Source of the DNA: Desulfobacterales bacterium
Lineage (GTDB): Bacteria; Desulfobacterota; Desulfobacteria; Desulfobacterales; UBA5616
Assembly: GCA_046483495.1 (NCBI GenBank)
Contig: JAWODC010000064.1
Coordinates: 1 to 64,000 of the forward strand
Length of the DNA stretch: 64,000 nucleotides
Reading direction: 5' to 3'
The notes below the pieces were generated by a model. The model searched no databases and had not been told where the DNA came from. It saw nothing but the letters and a program-made list of their open reading frames with translations. A program made the position numbers and the translations under genes. This document shows positions 49,639 through 61,209 of this stretch, piece by piece. The first letter of the stretch is position 1; each line of letters starts with the position of its first letter.

Positions 49639-52221
49639 TTACAGGCTGGAAAAAGAAATGCCTCCGGTTTCATTGACGTCGGCCAAAATCCGGTCGCCTT
49701 CCTTTATCCTGCCTTTTAAAATCTCCATGGACAGGGGGTTTTCAATATATTTTTGAATAGCCCTCTTCAAGGGCCGGGCCCCATAAACCGGATCAAACCC
49801 CTTTTCGGCCAAAAATTGCTCGGCCTCATCGGTCAGTTCCAGAGAAAGGTTCTGTTCGGAGATCCGTTCGGCAAGACGCCTCATCTGAATCTCAACGATA
49901 TCCACGATTTGTTCCCGTGTCAGGTTTTCGAAAATGATGATTTCATCGATTCTGTTTAAGAACTCGGGCTTGAATCCCATGCGGAGCGCTTCCAATACCC
50001 GTTTTTCCATTTCGTTCCGGTTGGCGCTCAGCTCCTGTATCCACTGGCTTCCCACATTCGATGTCATGATAATGATCGTGTTTTTGAAATCTACGGTTCT
50101 GCCGTGTCCATCGGTCATCCGGCCGTCATCCAATATCTGCAATAATACATTGAATACTTCCGGATGTGCTTTTTCAATTTCATCGAACAAAACAACCGAA
50201 TACGGGCGGCGCCGAACCGCCTCTGTCAAATACCCGCCTTCTTCGTATCCGACATACCCCGGGGGGGCGCCGATAAGCCGAGCCACGGCATGTTTTTCCA
50301 TGTATTCGGACATATCCACGCGGATGATGGCCTGGTCGCTGTCGAAAATAAATTCGGCAAGGGATTTGGCCAACTCCGTTTTTCCAACACCTGTCGGGCC
50401 CAAAAAAATAAATGACCCGATCGGACGGTTGGGGTCCTGCAGCCCGGACCGGGCTCGCCGCACGGCATTGGATACGGCCGATATGGCCTGGCGCTGACCG
50501 ATAACCCGTCGGCCGATACGATCTTCCATCTGCACCAGCTTCTCCCGCTCTCCTTCCATCATCTTGCTCACCGGTATACCCGTCCACCTGGAGATCACCT
50601 CGGCGATATCCTCGGCATCCACTTCCTCTTTCAGCATTTTTTTATCCGTCTGAAGGTTCAAGAGCTTTGTGTTCGCTTCATCGAGCTGCTTTTGGAGTTC
50701 GGCGGTCCTGCCGTACCGGAGTTCGGCGACTTTTGCGAGATCTCCCTCCCGTTCGGCCTGCTGCTCTTCGGTTTTAAGCCGTTCGATCTGCTCTTTTATG
50801 GAACGAATGGTCTGAATCGTTTCCTTTTCGCTTTGCCAGTGCATTTTCATGGCTCGAATTTCTTCGTTCATGGACTCGAGATCCCGCTCGATTTTGGCCA
50901 GCCTTTCCTTGGATGCAGGGTCGGTTTCCTTTTTCAACGCCTCCTTTTCGATTTCGGTTTGAAGGATTTTCCGCTGCACTTCGTCAATTTCGGTGGGCAT
51001 GCTGTCGATTTCGATACGCAGCTTGGATGCACACTCGTCGATCAGGTCGATCGCCTTGTCCGGCAGAAAACGATCCGAAATATACCGATCGGAAAGAGAA
51101 GCGGCCGAGAGAATGGCTGAATCTTTAATACGAACGCCGTGATGGACTTCATACTTCTCCTTCAATCCCCGTAAAATGGAAATGGTATCTTCCACCGTCG
51201 GTTCGGACACCAATACCGGTTGGAATCGCCGCTCCAATGCTGCATCCTTCTCGATATACTTCCGGTATTCGTTCAACGTTGTGGCCCCGACACACCGAAG
51301 TGTTCCTCGCGCCAGCGCCGGCTTGAGCATGTTGGAAGCATCCACGGCGCCCTCGGCCGCACCGGCACCCACGAGGGTGTGCAGCTCGTCAATAAACAAT
51401 ATGACTTCACCTTCGGCGGCCTCCACTTCCTTGAGCACCGCCTTGAGCCGGTCTTCAAATTCACCGCGGTATTTGGCTCCGGCTATCAGGGCGCCCATAT
51501 CCAGGGCGACAAGCCTTCTGTTTTTCAGGGTCTCGGATACGTCGCCGGACACGATTCGCTGGGCCAATCCCTCTACAATGGCCGTTTTGCCGACGCCGGG
51601 TTCACCGATCAAAACGGGATTATTCTTGGTCCTTCTCGAGAGCACCTGTACGATTCGCCGGATTTCCTCATCCCTGCCGATCACCGGATCGAGTTTTCCC
51701 ATTCGTGCCAAGTCCGTCAAATTTCGGCTGTACTTGTCCAATGCCTGATACTTTTCTTCCGGGTTCGGGTCGGTTATGCGCTGAGATCCGCGAATGCTCA
51801 TTAAAACCTTTAACACGGAATCCCGGACAACGCCGTACCGCGCCAAAATACTTGCGGCGTCACCGGATTTTTCGTCGATAATGGCCAGCAGAATATGCTC
51901 GATACTGACATATTCATCCTTCATCTTACCGGCTTCGGCAAACGCCGCCTCCAAGACGGACTTTGTGCGGGACGAAAGATACACCTCTCCGGCGCCGCTG
52001 ATTTTGGGCAGTTTATCGATAGCCATGGCAATCTCCTGGACCACGGCATCCGGAGAAACCCCTACTTTGCGGAACACGGTCCGCGTCATGCCCTCCGGTT
52101 CACTCAACATGGCACTGAGAAGATGTTCAGGCTCGATCTGCTGATTGCTGTGACGCGTCGCCAGAGATTGGGCGTTTTGAATCAATTCCTGGGATTTTAT
52201 AGTAAATTTATCGAATCTCAT
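49639..52221 (-). CDS. clpB: Chaperone ClpB
   Basis: Two AAA+ modules ([16 protein letters not shown]), coiled-coil M domain, [16 protein letters not shown]. Confidence 0.97.
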   Translation of the reverse strand: MRFDKFTIKSQELIQNAQSLATRHSNQQIEPEHLLSAMLSEPEGMTRTVFRKVGVSPDAVVQEIAMAIDKLPKISGAGEVYLSSRTKSVLEAAFAEAGKMKDEYVSIEHILLAIIDEKSGDAASILARYGVVRDSVLKVLMSIRGSQRITDPNPEEKYQALDKYSRNLTDLARMGKLDPVIGRDEEIRRIVQVLSRRTKNNPVLIGEPGVGKTAIVEGLAQRIVSGDVSETLKNRRLVALDMGALIAGAKYRGEFEDRLKAVLKEVEAAEGEVILFIDELHTLVGAGAAEGAVDASNMLKPALARGTLRCVGATTLNEYRKYIEKDAALERRFQPVLVSEPTVEDTISILRGLKEKYEVHHGVRIKDSAILSAASLSDRYISDRFLPDKAIDLIDECASKLRIEIDSMPTEIDEVQRKILQTEIEKEALKKETDPASKERLAKIERDLESMNEEIRAMKMHWQSEKETIQTIRSIKEQIERLKTEEQQAEREGDLAKVAELRYGRTAELQKQLDEANTKLLNLQTDKKMLKEEVDAEDIAEVISRWTGIPVSKMMEGEREKLVQMEDRIGRRVIGQRQAISAVSNAVRRARSGLQDPNRPIGSFIFLGPTGVGKTELAKSLAEFIFDSDQAIIRVDMSEYMEKHAVARLIGAPPGYVGYEEGGYLTEAVRRRPYSVVLFDEIEKAHPEVFNVLLQILDDGRMTDGHGRTVDFKNTIIIMTSNVGSQWIQELSANRNEMEKRVLEALRMGFKPEFLNRIDEIIIFENLTREQIVDIVEIQMRRLAERISEQNLSLELTDEAEQFLAEKGFDPVYGARPLKRAIQKYIENPLSMEILKGRIKEGDRILADVNETGGISFSSL

Positions 52222-52335
52222 GATTCTCCTCCTAATGTAGGAAAATACGACAGTCTTTTTGCATGAAAGTAAGCATGCACCGTTTTTTGTCAATATTTAC
52301 AGGAGCTTTTTTTTTAATTAGAACAGTTGCGCCGA

Positions 52336-53052
52336 TCACTCGCGCAAGAAGGCGCTGTTGTCCGTCATGAACTGCTTGTAGATGCGATAATAGTCTGTCT
52401 CTTCATAAGAAACGGGGCGGATGGGGGTATGATCGAAACTGAAAATAACGGAGCCGGGACATGCCAGCAGGATGGGAGAATGAGTGGCAATAATGAACTG
52501 GGCGTGACCGGCCCTGCTCATCGCAATCAGGAGGCGCAAAAGCGCCAGTTGGCTTTTCGGGGACAGGGCGGTTTCCGGTTCGTCCAGAAGATAGATCCCT
52601 TTGATTGTAAAACGTGACCGGAAAAAGGACATCAGGGATTGTCCGTGGGACTGGTTCATGAGGCTTTTGCCTCCGAAGTAGTCAAGAACACCGGGGTCGG
52701 AAGCCGCCCATTCATCCAGCACTTTTGCAAAGCTTCGGAAAACCTGGGAGGAGAATAAACATCCGGGGACACTTCCATGGGTCCATGCCACAGTTATGGC
52801 TTTGTATAAATCCCGTTCAAACGGGCTTTTGTCGAACCGTGTTCGTTTCACCCCCTGCCACGGGTATATCCGGCATTTGTCGGCAATCGCCTCGAGAAGC
52901 GTCGATTTTCCCGTTCCGTTTTCACCGGCAAAGAAAGTGACGGGGCGGTTTAGCATGAGCGTGGTTTTTTGGTGAAAAACGCTCAGGTTGAAGGGATAAT
53001 GAACACGGGTGGGGAACAGGTCAGGATGTATGGTCACATGTGATAAATGCAT
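52336..53052 (-). CDS. Stand-alone ABC-type ATPase (COG3910-like)
   Basis: GENGTGKST, SHGQS, LLDEPETALSP, ATHSP. Confidence 0.85.
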   Translation of the reverse strand: MHLSHVTIHPDLFPTRVHYPFNLSVFHQKTTLMLNRPVTFFAGENGTGKSTLLEAIADKCRIYPWQGVKRTRFDKSPFERDLYKAITVAWTHGSVPGCLFSSQVFRSFAKVLDEWAASDPGVLDYFGGKSLMNQSHGQSLMSFFRSRFTIKGIYLLDEPETALSPKSQLALLRLLIAMSRAGHAQFIIATHSPILLACPGSVIFSFDHTPIRPVSYEETDYYRIYKQFMTDNSAFLRE

Positions 53053-53162
53053 AATAGCTTGATGTATTTTTGCCTAAAAACAATTTAAGAAAGCGGATTA
53101 CAATGGTCTTGCAATCGTTTACGAAACGCCCCAGAAAAAAATGCTCTCGCTTTGCCGCATAT

Positions 53163-53693
53163 TTATCCCGGAACGGTAATGCTGCTATTTTCGGACCGGC
53201 ACCCGCTGTTGTCGGGCGAAGGGCGAAGGCTCTCATAAAGGGCGATGCCGACGGCTGTGGACAGATTCAGGCACCGGATGTCACTGGTGGTCGGGATAAA
53301 AAAGGAGACATCGCCGTACGCACTCAAAATTTCATCCGGCAGCCCTCTGGTTTCAGATCCAAAAATCAAAAACATACGCCGGCCGGCCCTCATTTGCCGG
53401 AAGCTCTTTTTTCCATTTTTGGTGAAAATGCAGATTTCCCGCTTGAACGGCAACAAGTGAAGCAAGAAATCGTCAAAATTTTCCCAGACGGAAAGGTTAA
53501 CGTGTTTCCAGTAATCCAGACCTGCCCTTTTCACCTGCCGGCTGTCCAAAGAGAATCCCAACGGTCTAATCAGATGAAGCCGGGCCCCGGTACCGATACA
53601 GGTCCTGCCGATATTCCCGGTGTTCCAGTGCACTTCCGGAGAAATCAGCACAACGTGGCGTTCGAAATTTTTCAGGTTGTCATCTGGATTCAT
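53163..53693 (-). CDS. trmL: tRNA (cytidine/uridine-34-2'-O)-methyltransferase
   Basis: PE...NTGNIGRTC, RAGLDYW, FGSETRGL, LNLS. Confidence 0.9.
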   Translation of the reverse strand: MNPDDNLKNFERHVVLISPEVHWNTGNIGRTCIGTGARLHLIRPLGFSLDSRQVKRAGLDYWKHVNLSVWENFDDFLLHLLPFKREICIFTKNGKKSFRQMRAGRRMFLIFGSETRGLPDEILSAYGDVSFFIPTTSDIRCLNLSTAVGIALYESLRPSPDNSGCRSENSSITVPG

Positions 53694-53791
53694 TCGATCC
53701 TTCTGCAATTCGATTCCAATCATATCGGCAGTCACCGTAGTTATCCCATTTTACCAAACGGCCTGCGGCCGGATACAGGAGCGGCCTTTCA

Positions 53792-53933
53792 GTGCCCATC
53801 TATAAATGGCCATTTCGCGCGATTTCTGCGTTGGACGCAAAATCGAAATCCTCAAAATAGCACACTATTCCTGCGGTTTCGATCTTGCGCCCGCCTTGAA
53901 CTCACGTGAAATTGCCTATTTCTGGATGGACAC
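53792..53933. repeat. 142-bp MITE-like palindromic element, copy 2 (inverted relative to copy 1)
   Basis: Same length and termini (GTGCCCATCT...GGATGGACAC) as 1490-1631. Confidence 0.85.
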
Positions 53934-53938
53934 AAAGC

Positions 53939-54487
53939 TTAGAAGTTCCTTGGCTTGCAGACAATCTCCTTTATTTTCATATCGAAAAAATTCGACTGGT
54001 TCGCCGGTGCAAGAACCAGGGCGGTATCGGCTCCTTTGGCAGACCCTCCTACGGCAACGATATCTTTTCCGGTGAGAACCCCGGCATCAGCGGCCATAAT
54101 GGATACTTCCACGGCCACTTTCGTCCCCTGGCCGAAACGCTTCAATGTATCGGCGATAAGCAGAACCGGATACAAGCCGGAATGCTTCTTGGCAATGGAA
54201 CGTTCCACGCCGGATAAGGCATGAGTGGCGGAAATTACGGTGACGCCCTTGGATTCGAGATCTCTTCTTACATCGGTGGCCATCACATTTTCGAACGGCT
54301 CCCTAAACCCGCCATGATACGTCACCGCAATTAGTCGAAATCCGGAAAAGATTTCCATGGCCTTATAAGCGGTTTCCCCCGTTGTGGTAGCAAATACCGC
54401 CTCATTGAGCTCTAAATCCCTGCCCCGTTCAAATGCCGCTTTCAACGTCTGTTTCGTATTTTCCGGGCCGGGTTTTTCAAAAAACAT
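53939..54487 (-). CDS. Pyruvate kinase C-terminal domain-like protein (COG1751)
   Basis: FEKPGPENT, TTTGETA, HALSGVER, FGQG.KV..E...MAADAG, GADTA. Confidence 0.85.
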   Translation of the reverse strand: MFFEKPGPENTKQTLKAAFERGRDLELNEAVFATTTGETAYKAMEIFSGFRLIAVTYHGGFREPFENVMATDVRRDLESKGVTVISATHALSGVERSIAKKHSGLYPVLLIADTLKRFGQGTKVAVEVSIMAADAGVLTGKDIVAVGGSAKGADTALVLAPANQSNFFDMKIKEIVCKPRNF

Positions 54488-54635
54488 GGCATCCTCCTTT
54501 TTTTCCGGTTCAATATCCGTGCAAGCCGCTTACTGATATCGGCTTGATTACCCAAAAATTACATTGTATAAAAAACAACCTGACAGTCAATAGATTGTAT
54601 TCATTTCTGTAAACGGGACATATACGGAGGAAGCT

Positions 54636-55514
54636 TTGATTATCGATTTTCATACGCATGTCGTTCAGCCGGACGTCCGTCACAACAGGGGCGATTATTT
54701 TTCCGATGAACCGGAATTCAAGCTGCTGTACGAATCCCCCGGTGCAAAGCTTGCCGGAGCTGAAGATACCATCGCCGCAATGGATGAAGCCGGCGTTGAC
54801 CGGTCGGTGATCTTCGGGTTTCCATGGCGAAATCCTGAAACGGTTCGGCAAAACAACGATTATGTCCTGTCGGCCGTTCAGCGATATCCCGACAGGTTGA
54901 TCGGGTTCTGCTGTGTAAACCCCGCCCGGAGAGATGCGGCGGATGAGGTAAATCGCTGCCTTCGTGCCGGCTGTGCGGGTGTCGGGGAACTGGCGTTTTA
55001 CGGCGGGGGAATCGATGCGGCCGCTCTGGAAATGCTGGCGCCCGTAATGGAAGCATGCCGGTCGCATAACGTCATTGCCCTCATCCATACCAATGAACCC
55101 ATAGGGCACATGTACCCGGGCAAAGTTCCCATGACGCTTGGCCAGATCTATGCGATGGTTAAACGGTTTAAAGAAAATAAAATCGTCTTGGCCCACTGGG
55201 GCGGCGGACTTTTTCTGTACAGCCTTTTAAAGAGGGAAGTTCGGAAGAACCTGAAGCATGTTTGGTTCGATACTGCCGCATCCCCGTTTCTATATGAACC
55301 GAAAATTTATCACATCGCGAAAAAAACCATCGGACTGGAAAAAGTCCTCTTCGGAACGGATTATCCGCTGCTTAAACCCATTCGCTATTTTAATGAAATG
55401 CGGGACGCGGGATTGACTGAACAGGAAATATCAGCCGTTTGCGGGGATAATGCTGCGGCGCTTCTGAATGGAAACCGGCCGTTTTTTTATTCAGAAAAGG
55501 CATCTTCCGACTGA
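54636..55514 (+). CDS. Amidohydrolase_2 family protein
   Basis: IDFHTH, GVGEL, LAHWGGG, DTAASP, FGTDYP. Confidence 0.88.
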   Translation: MIIDFHTHVVQPDVRHNRGDYFSDEPEFKLLYESPGAKLAGAEDTIAAMDEAGVDRSVIFGFPWRNPETVRQNNDYVLSAVQRYPDRLIGFCCVNPARRDAADEVNRCLRAGCAGVGELAFYGGGIDAAALEMLAPVMEACRSHNVIALIHTNEPIGHMYPGKVPMTLGQIYAMVKRFKENKIVLAHWGGGLFLYSLLKREVRKNLKHVWFDTAASPFLYEPKIYHIAKKTIGLEKVLFGTDYPLLKPIRYFNEMRDAGLTEQEISAVCGDNAAALLNGNRPFFYSEKASSD

Positions 55515-55540
55515 ACACTTGCCGCCGGGCGCTTTCGGCA

Positions 55541-56713
55541 TCAATCCATACCGGTGATGATCTCAGTGATGTCCCGCACCTTCATCCTGTCTTCGAGACC
55601 TTCTCCCTTTAACGCGTCCTCGAGCATCGTCAAGCAGTTGGGACATGCAACGGAAAGAATCTCTGCACCGGAGGCGGCCGCTTCACGGACCCTGATCCGT
55701 GCCGGACTTTCCTCACTGCCCCCCAAAAGATCGGTATAAAAGTTCCCGGCGCCCCCACCGCAGCATAGCGCCCCCTTTTTGTTCCGGCCCATCTCCACCA
55801 GGGTCACCCCGGGCACGGAAGCGAGTACATGTCTCGGTGCGTTGTATTCCTGATTCCAGCGGCCAAGGAAACAGGGATCATGGAAAGTGATCGTTTTGTC
55901 GATGCGTGGAAATTCGCCGAGCTGTTTGCGCTTCACCAAATCAGCCAATACCTCCGTGTAGTGCAGCACCTCGAATCGGCCCCCGAATTCCGGATATCGA
56001 TTTTTAAACACGTGGTACGAATGCGGTGACAGAACGATAATTTTGCCGACCCCCAGTTCGGCAAACTGTTCGATATTTTTACGGGCGATGGATTCGAAAA
56101 GAGCGTCTTCTCCCAATAAGTCGACCTCGTTGCCGTCGGTGATTTCTTTTTCCCCCAAAACACCGAAAGATATGCCGCCTGCACTGAGGATATCCCCCAA
56201 TGCCCGGGCGGCGGACTGCGCACGGGTGTCATAGGATCCTTCACACCCGACATAAAAAAGAAATTCCTGGCCCCGGTACGGTTGAAAGTCTTTTCCTTCC
56301 ATCCACCCGGTCCGCCGTTTTGCGGATATGCCATAGGGATTGCCGTATTTTTGAACATTGTTTAAAAATTTCTTCACCATCGGCGGAAGAAGCCCCATAT
56401 CAACCATTTCAGTTTTTGCGGCGGTCACCATATTTACGATGTCGTCGCTGAAGCTCAAGGGGCATTTTTCAACACAATTTTTACAGGCGGTACAGGCGTA
56501 GACGATCTCCGCCAAATGCTCGGACCACTCCAGTTCCCCATTGACCCAGGCCCTGATCAGCCACAACCGGCCCCCGGTCGAGTAGCTCTCCAGCCGGAAC
56601 CGGGCATATGCGGGACAATTCGTAATGTCGCTCCAGTCGGTTGGGAATTTGCAGTACCCGCACCTGAAACATCGGTGGATCATATCGTGGTATTTATAGT
56701 TCGTAAGGGCCAT
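55541..56713 (-). CDS. GlpC/HdrD-like Fe-S oxidoreductase (2x[4Fe-4S] + CCG)
   Basis: CFRCGYC, CTACKNC...CP, HDPCFLGR, CCGGG, ACPNC. Confidence 0.88.
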   Translation of the reverse strand: MALTNYKYHDMIHRCFRCGYCKFPTDWSDITNCPAYARFRLESYSTGGRLWLIRAWVNGELEWSEHLAEIVYACTACKNCVEKCPLSFSDDIVNMVTAAKTEMVDMGLLPPMVKKFLNNVQKYGNPYGISAKRRTGWMEGKDFQPYRGQEFLFYVGCEGSYDTRAQSAARALGDILSAGGISFGVLGEKEITDGNEVDLLGEDALFESIARKNIEQFAELGVGKIIVLSPHSYHVFKNRYPEFGGRFEVLHYTEVLADLVKRKQLGEFPRIDKTITFHDPCFLGRWNQEYNAPRHVLASVPGVTLVEMGRNKKGALCCGGGAGNFYTDLLGGSEESPARIRVREAAASGAEILSVACPNCLTMLEDALKGEGLEDRMKVRDITEIITGMD

Positions 56714-58071
56714 TATTTCACCTCCCAGTTTCCAGGGTTCATGATGCCGTTGGGATCGAGCAGATGCTTTACTTTTTTCATCAGCGCAAGCGTATTGGGA
56801 TCCATGCCCTTCATCATCAGTTCCTGGCCGAAGACCGCAGGTTTCCAGATAACGCCTCCAAGTTCCATCACCAGTTCATCGGTTTCATGTAAGGCTTCAC
56901 GGGCATGGCGGACGGTTTCGTCGTCAGCACGGTTGAAGGCGTATGACCAGGAAAACATCATGGCATGGGCGCATCCGATGACACGGCCCAGAATTGTATA
57001 TGGTATGAAATGACGTGTGGATATTTCGGCACCCCGGCGGTAGCATTCCGGGTAAGCCGAGACCGGCACGATCGATCCGACATACTCGAATCCGCCCCCT
57101 TTTTTCCAGTCGGAGGATTTGCTTACCTGAGGCCGCTGTATCTCCTGGGAGACTGCCGCAATACCGCCTTTGCCGGATTCGATATAGGGTGCAAGCTTGA
57201 CATCGAATATCAGCTGCCGTTTCAGTTCCATCTCCTCTTTCGAGTCCCCGCTTATGTTGATGCTGATGTGGTGCAGCCGGTCGGAAAACGGAGGAATGGC
57301 CGCACTGAATGCCACCAGGTCCTCGGTCATGCCTAGGTGGGACAATTCAAAAAGAATCTCCGGAACGAGTGCTTCGTCTTCCACGACAAAAATATCCGTA
57401 TCGCGGATCTTCTTATAGGGAAACAGCTTCAACGACACTTTCGTGATGATTCCAGTAGCACCGTTCCAGCCTAAGAACAGTCCGATGTCCGGCAGGGGAT
57501 GAAGCGTGAACCAGTCGGCGCCGACCGCACAGCTCCCGAAAGTGCAGATCTCTCCCGTGGGGAGGACGACTTCCATCCCATTGATCATATCGGTGTTGAA
57601 TCCGTAAGGATGGGCCAAATCCCCCTGGCCATGAATGGCCAAATTGCCGCCAATCGTGGCTGCCGGAGGTGCGCCGGGTTCTGAGTGCATGAGGTTGGGA
57701 TGGTGCTTGTGCAGGTAGGCGGTCAGCTTTCCATGGGAAGCTCCGGCTTCAACCACGGCGTATCGGGCTTTTTCGTTAACCTCGAGAATGCCGTCCATAC
57801 GTTTTAAATCCACAGCGATACCGCCTTTGAGCGGGAGAGCCAGTCCGGCGAGAGACATTCCCCCGCCCAGTGGAACAACAGGGATATTTGCCTCGTTGGC
57901 CAGTTTAAGGATGCGGCTGACCTGTTCGGCGGATTTCGGCGCAGCCACATAATCCGGCCACATAGGCTCGGATGTTCCCAGGTCCTTGGAATAGGTAAAG
58001 AGTTCCTCCCGCTGTTGTGACGCATACCCATCCCCGACAATCTCCACGATCGCGCGATACGTTTTATCCAT
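56713..58071 (-). CDS. GlcD-like FAD-binding oxidoreductase
   Basis: P.GGG.SL.G, ATIGG, G..GIITK, DPNGIMNPG. Confidence 0.88.
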   Translation of the reverse strand: MDKTYRAIVEIVGDGYASQQREELFTYSKDLGTSEPMWPDYVAAPKSAEQVSRILKLANEANIPVVPLGGGMSLAGLALPLKGGIAVDLKRMDGILEVNEKARYAVVEAGASHGKLTAYLHKHHPNLMHSEPGAPPAATIGGNLAIHGQGDLAHPYGFNTDMINGMEVVLPTGEICTFGSCAVGADWFTLHPLPDIGLFLGWNGATGIITKVSLKLFPYKKIRDTDIFVVEDEALVPEILFELSHLGMTEDLVAFSAAIPPFSDRLHHISINISGDSKEEMELKRQLIFDVKLAPYIESGKGGIAAVSQEIQRPQVSKSSDWKKGGGFEYVGSIVPVSAYPECYRRGAEISTRHFIPYTILGRVIGCAHAMMFSWSYAFNRADDETVRHAREALHETDELVMELGGVIWKPAVFGQELMMKGMDPNTLALMKKVKHLLDPNGIMNPGNWEVK

Positions 58072-58073
58072 TA

Positions 58074-59123
58074 TTAACTCCCTCCACTTGCTTTTTCACC
58101 GATGGCGAGTCTGCACAAATCGCTCATAAACAGGGGCAAAATTCCGTTTTCAGCAACCTTTTTGCCCAGCGTTTCCACGCAAGCCGGGCAGTTGAAAACG
58201 CATATTTGCGCCCCGGCTTCTTTCATATCGTCGATATTTTTTTCCTGAAGCTCCATTGCCAATCGTCGGCTTCCTTTTCGTTTCTGACCCAGTATGGTCC
58301 CGCCGCAGCAAAGCGCGTTTTCGCCAATGTACTTGCGCTGAACATGCTCGACGCCGATAAGGTCGAAAATCCTGTCAACGAACACATACTTGTCCGAAGA
58401 CAATCTCGAGGAGCAGGGCCGCTGATAAGCAACCTTGAGGTGCAGCGGCTTGATCTCATCTTTCAATTCGACCAGCCGGTGATAAAGATACTCGAACAAA
58501 TGAATGGACGTAAAAGGCACCTCGATGCCGAAAGCCGGTGCATAGTGGGCGTAGGTTCCATAGCACTCGTCATGAAAGTGAACCACCTCTTTAACCTTAT
58601 GCGCGGCAATCGTCTCGATAACTTTTTCCAGCCGTTCGTTAATAACGGAAGTCCTGGCAAAGTGCAGGTACATGAGTTGGCAGAAATAATGAAACATCTT
58701 TCGGGGATCGGTTGACATCAAGGTGAGGTTTTCGAAAAGGCGCCCCTGCGTGAATCCGGCCAGGTTGCTGAACACGCCCAGATTGAGTGCCGTCCCGCGG
58801 ATTTCGGAAATCTCCGGCTCACCGCGAAACGGTATGCCGACCTGCACCCCGCGCTTCACCAGGGGATCCGGCAATGGGGGCACATTCAATTCCTCCTGGC
58901 GTTGAACGATCAGGTAAAAAGGGTGATTACCCCTTTGGCAGTATTCTTCACACGCATAGCAGGTCACACATTCGTGAAGGACAAAAGAGTCTTCTTTGTT
59001 GATGATTTTTTGGATTTCGACTTTTGCCTCAGCCGCATCGATGGAAATGTATTGGCATTTCGTCAGACAGTCATTGGTTTCACATTCCAGGCATTTATTT
59101 TCGTCAAATTTCAATGTAATCAT
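58074..59123 (-). CDS. Fe-S / CCG domain protein
   Basis: CLEC...CL.KC, CVTCYACEEYC, QRPC, CCGG, CPAC. Confidence 0.85.
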   Translation of the reverse strand: MITLKFDENKCLECETNDCLTKCQYISIDAAEAKVEIQKIINKEDSFVLHECVTCYACEEYCQRGNHPFYLIVQRQEELNVPPLPDPLVKRGVQVGIPFRGEPEISEIRGTALNLGVFSNLAGFTQGRLFENLTLMSTDPRKMFHYFCQLMYLHFARTSVINERLEKVIETIAAHKVKEVVHFHDECYGTYAHYAPAFGIEVPFTSIHLFEYLYHRLVELKDEIKPLHLKVAYQRPCSSRLSSDKYVFVDRIFDLIGVEHVQRKYIGENALCCGGTILGQKRKGSRRLAMELQEKNIDDMKEAGAQICVFNCPACVETLGKKVAENGILPLFMSDLCRLAIGEKASGGS

Positions 59124-59309
59124 GAACGAACCTCCTAATGGACGCTGTTTACGGTCATTGATCCCCCGGATTCAGGGCGAATCCAACGTTCCTGACCCCA
59201 CACCGTTCCGGCTGCCGAAGCAATGATCCGCGGATGTCCTTTTCGGCGTCGGCGGCACTTTAAAGAGAGAGGTCGAACTGCAGCACCCTTGTGTCGGCAA
59301 CGGTGCGGT

Positions 59310-60236
59310 TCAATCCAGGTCAAGTAAATTTTTGGCATTCCCCCCGAGGATGGCGGAAACTTCCGCATGGGAGAAGGATATCCCGTGGGGAGCTTTTTCC
59401 GGCAGATCCCGAATCAGGGCGATCCAATCCCCGGCGGGACGAATGACTCTCATAATGGGATCGTCCGTGGCGAAAAGAATCTTTTCAACACCCACAAAGT
59501 CGATGATATCACGAAGTTCCCGACAAAAAAGATCGTATTTTGCGATCGCATATGTATCCCACATGGCCAGATCACCGTATAAGTTCGGCTGGTGAGTCGC
59601 CAGCGAGGCCCATGACCGCCAGTTGATCAGCCCCATGTGCGCGGCAATCACCCTTACTTCAGGAAAATCCACCCCGATATCCGCCAGTCGCATCGGTTCG
59701 GCAAAGTGGGCTCGTGACGGCGGCCCCAATGGTCCGGTATGGGAGAGAAGAATGCCGTTCTCGGCAGCTAAAATCTCGAGCAGTCGGTAGGATTCACGGC
59801 CGGCCGGATCATATCCGTAATCGGCGTGATATTTGAGCCCTTTCATACCGAACGCTTCAAAGCATTTTTTGAGCAGGTCGGGAGCGTTCGGACGCCTCGG
59901 ATCCACACCGGCCAATGCCATGACCCGTTTGGGATATTTCTGCGCAACGGCGGCGACCATTTGGTTTTGCATGAGCATCATTTCTTCGGTGATATGGCCG
60001 CTGTCCGAGTTGTCGACGGCACAGACAACGGTAAAATCGATGCCGGCGGCATCCATCGCGGCGATGAGTTTGTCGCCATCCGGGTCGGACCAGTATTCCG
60101 TCGCTTTCGCCGTGAGGTCGGCCATATCCACGTTCATGCCGATAAGCTTGGCCGATCGAATCGGATCTTTCAGCACTTCAGATATCAGTTCTTCAGGAAT
60201 AAAGGGAATCTGGTGGTAATGAACATCGACAATCAT
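59310..60236 (-). CDS. Amidohydrolase_2 family protein
   Basis: VDVHYH, GLKYH, HTG, AAHMG, FATDDP. Confidence 0.85.
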   Translation of the reverse strand: MIVDVHYHQIPFIPEELISEVLKDPIRSAKLIGMNVDMADLTAKATEYWSDPDGDKLIAAMDAAGIDFTVVCAVDNSDSGHITEEMMLMQNQMVAAVAQKYPKRVMALAGVDPRRPNAPDLLKKCFEAFGMKGLKYHADYGYDPAGRESYRLLEILAAENGILLSHTGPLGPPSRAHFAEPMRLADIGVDFPEVRVIAAHMGLINWRSWASLATHQPNLYGDLAMWDTYAIAKYDLFCRELRDIIDFVGVEKILFATDDPIMRVIRPAGDWIALIRDLPEKAPHGISFSHAEVSAILGGNAKNLLDLD

Positions 60237-60462
60237 GGGGTTACCTCCGGAAGAGGATTGCAGGTTCACATTTCGGGGTTCACCGCCGCGGTTTGGGCAT
60301 GAGAGAAATCGAGGCCCGGCTACGGCGTCTTGGCAAGCGTTTTTTGAACCATACCACAACCAATTAAAAGATCAAGCAATTAAACATCAGCCGTATGCGT
60401 CGAATTTGACAAGACACGCATAATCACATAGCATGTAGACAGCCGATCACAAGGAGACGATT

Positions 60463-61209
60463 ATGGCAAACGGCAATATCCATACGGAGAGATTCACGCT
60501 TGTGAGCGAGGGGCTTCGTTTAAAAGGTTTTTGGGCCCGGCCTCGAGATGCAGCCGGACCTCTGGCGACCGTGCAGGTGCATCACGGCGGAGGGGGATAT
60601 GAAACGGTGTATGAAGACATGGCCGTCGAATACGCCCGCGAAGGCATGGTCGGGGTTACGCTGATTCATCGGGGCTATGCCGGATCCGAAGGAGAAATGG
60701 AGTATGGCAAAGGTGAAATACGGGATATAAAAAACCTTACCGACAAACTGATCGAACAGCCGTTTGTGGACCCCTTACGGCTGGGGATCATGGGATACTC
60801 CAGAGGAGGCCACAACGCCGTTTTGGCAATTGAACACATCGGCCGTTTCGCCGCCGGCGCGCTGTGGAGTACGCCTGTGGACATGAGGGAATTGATCCGT
60901 TCCGTTCCCTGGGTCTCCCGGATTATCGGCGGGTCATGCGACGATATACCCCACGAATACGATATCCGGTCTTCGATCAACTATGTAGACAAAATCACCT
61001 GCCCGTTGCTTATCCTGCACGGCGAACAGGACGATGTCGTTTCGGTTGAGCATGCCGTAAGGCTGGCCCGTGCACTGGAAGCACGTCACAAGCCGTACGA
61101 GTTGACCCTCTTCCCGGGTGAAGGCCATAACTGGACGCTTAGAGGATTTGAGAACAACCGCCGAATGACAACGGCCTTCTTCAAACGCTGTCTACGTGTC
61201 GAAGGATAA
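60463..61209 (+). CDS. Alpha/beta hydrolase (S9 peptidase-like)
   Basis: HGG, GYSRGG nucleophile, HGEQD, EGH. Confidence 0.88.
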   Translation: MANGNIHTERFTLVSEGLRLKGFWARPRDAAGPLATVQVHHGGGGYETVYEDMAVEYAREGMVGVTLIHRGYAGSEGEMEYGKGEIRDIKNLTDKLIEQPFVDPLRLGIMGYSRGGHNAVLAIEHIGRFAAGALWSTPVDMRELIRSVPWVSRIIGGSCDDIPHEYDIRSSINYVDKITCPLLILHGEQDDVVSVEHAVRLARALEARHKPYELTLFPGEGHNWTLRGFENNRRMTTAFFKRCLRVEG

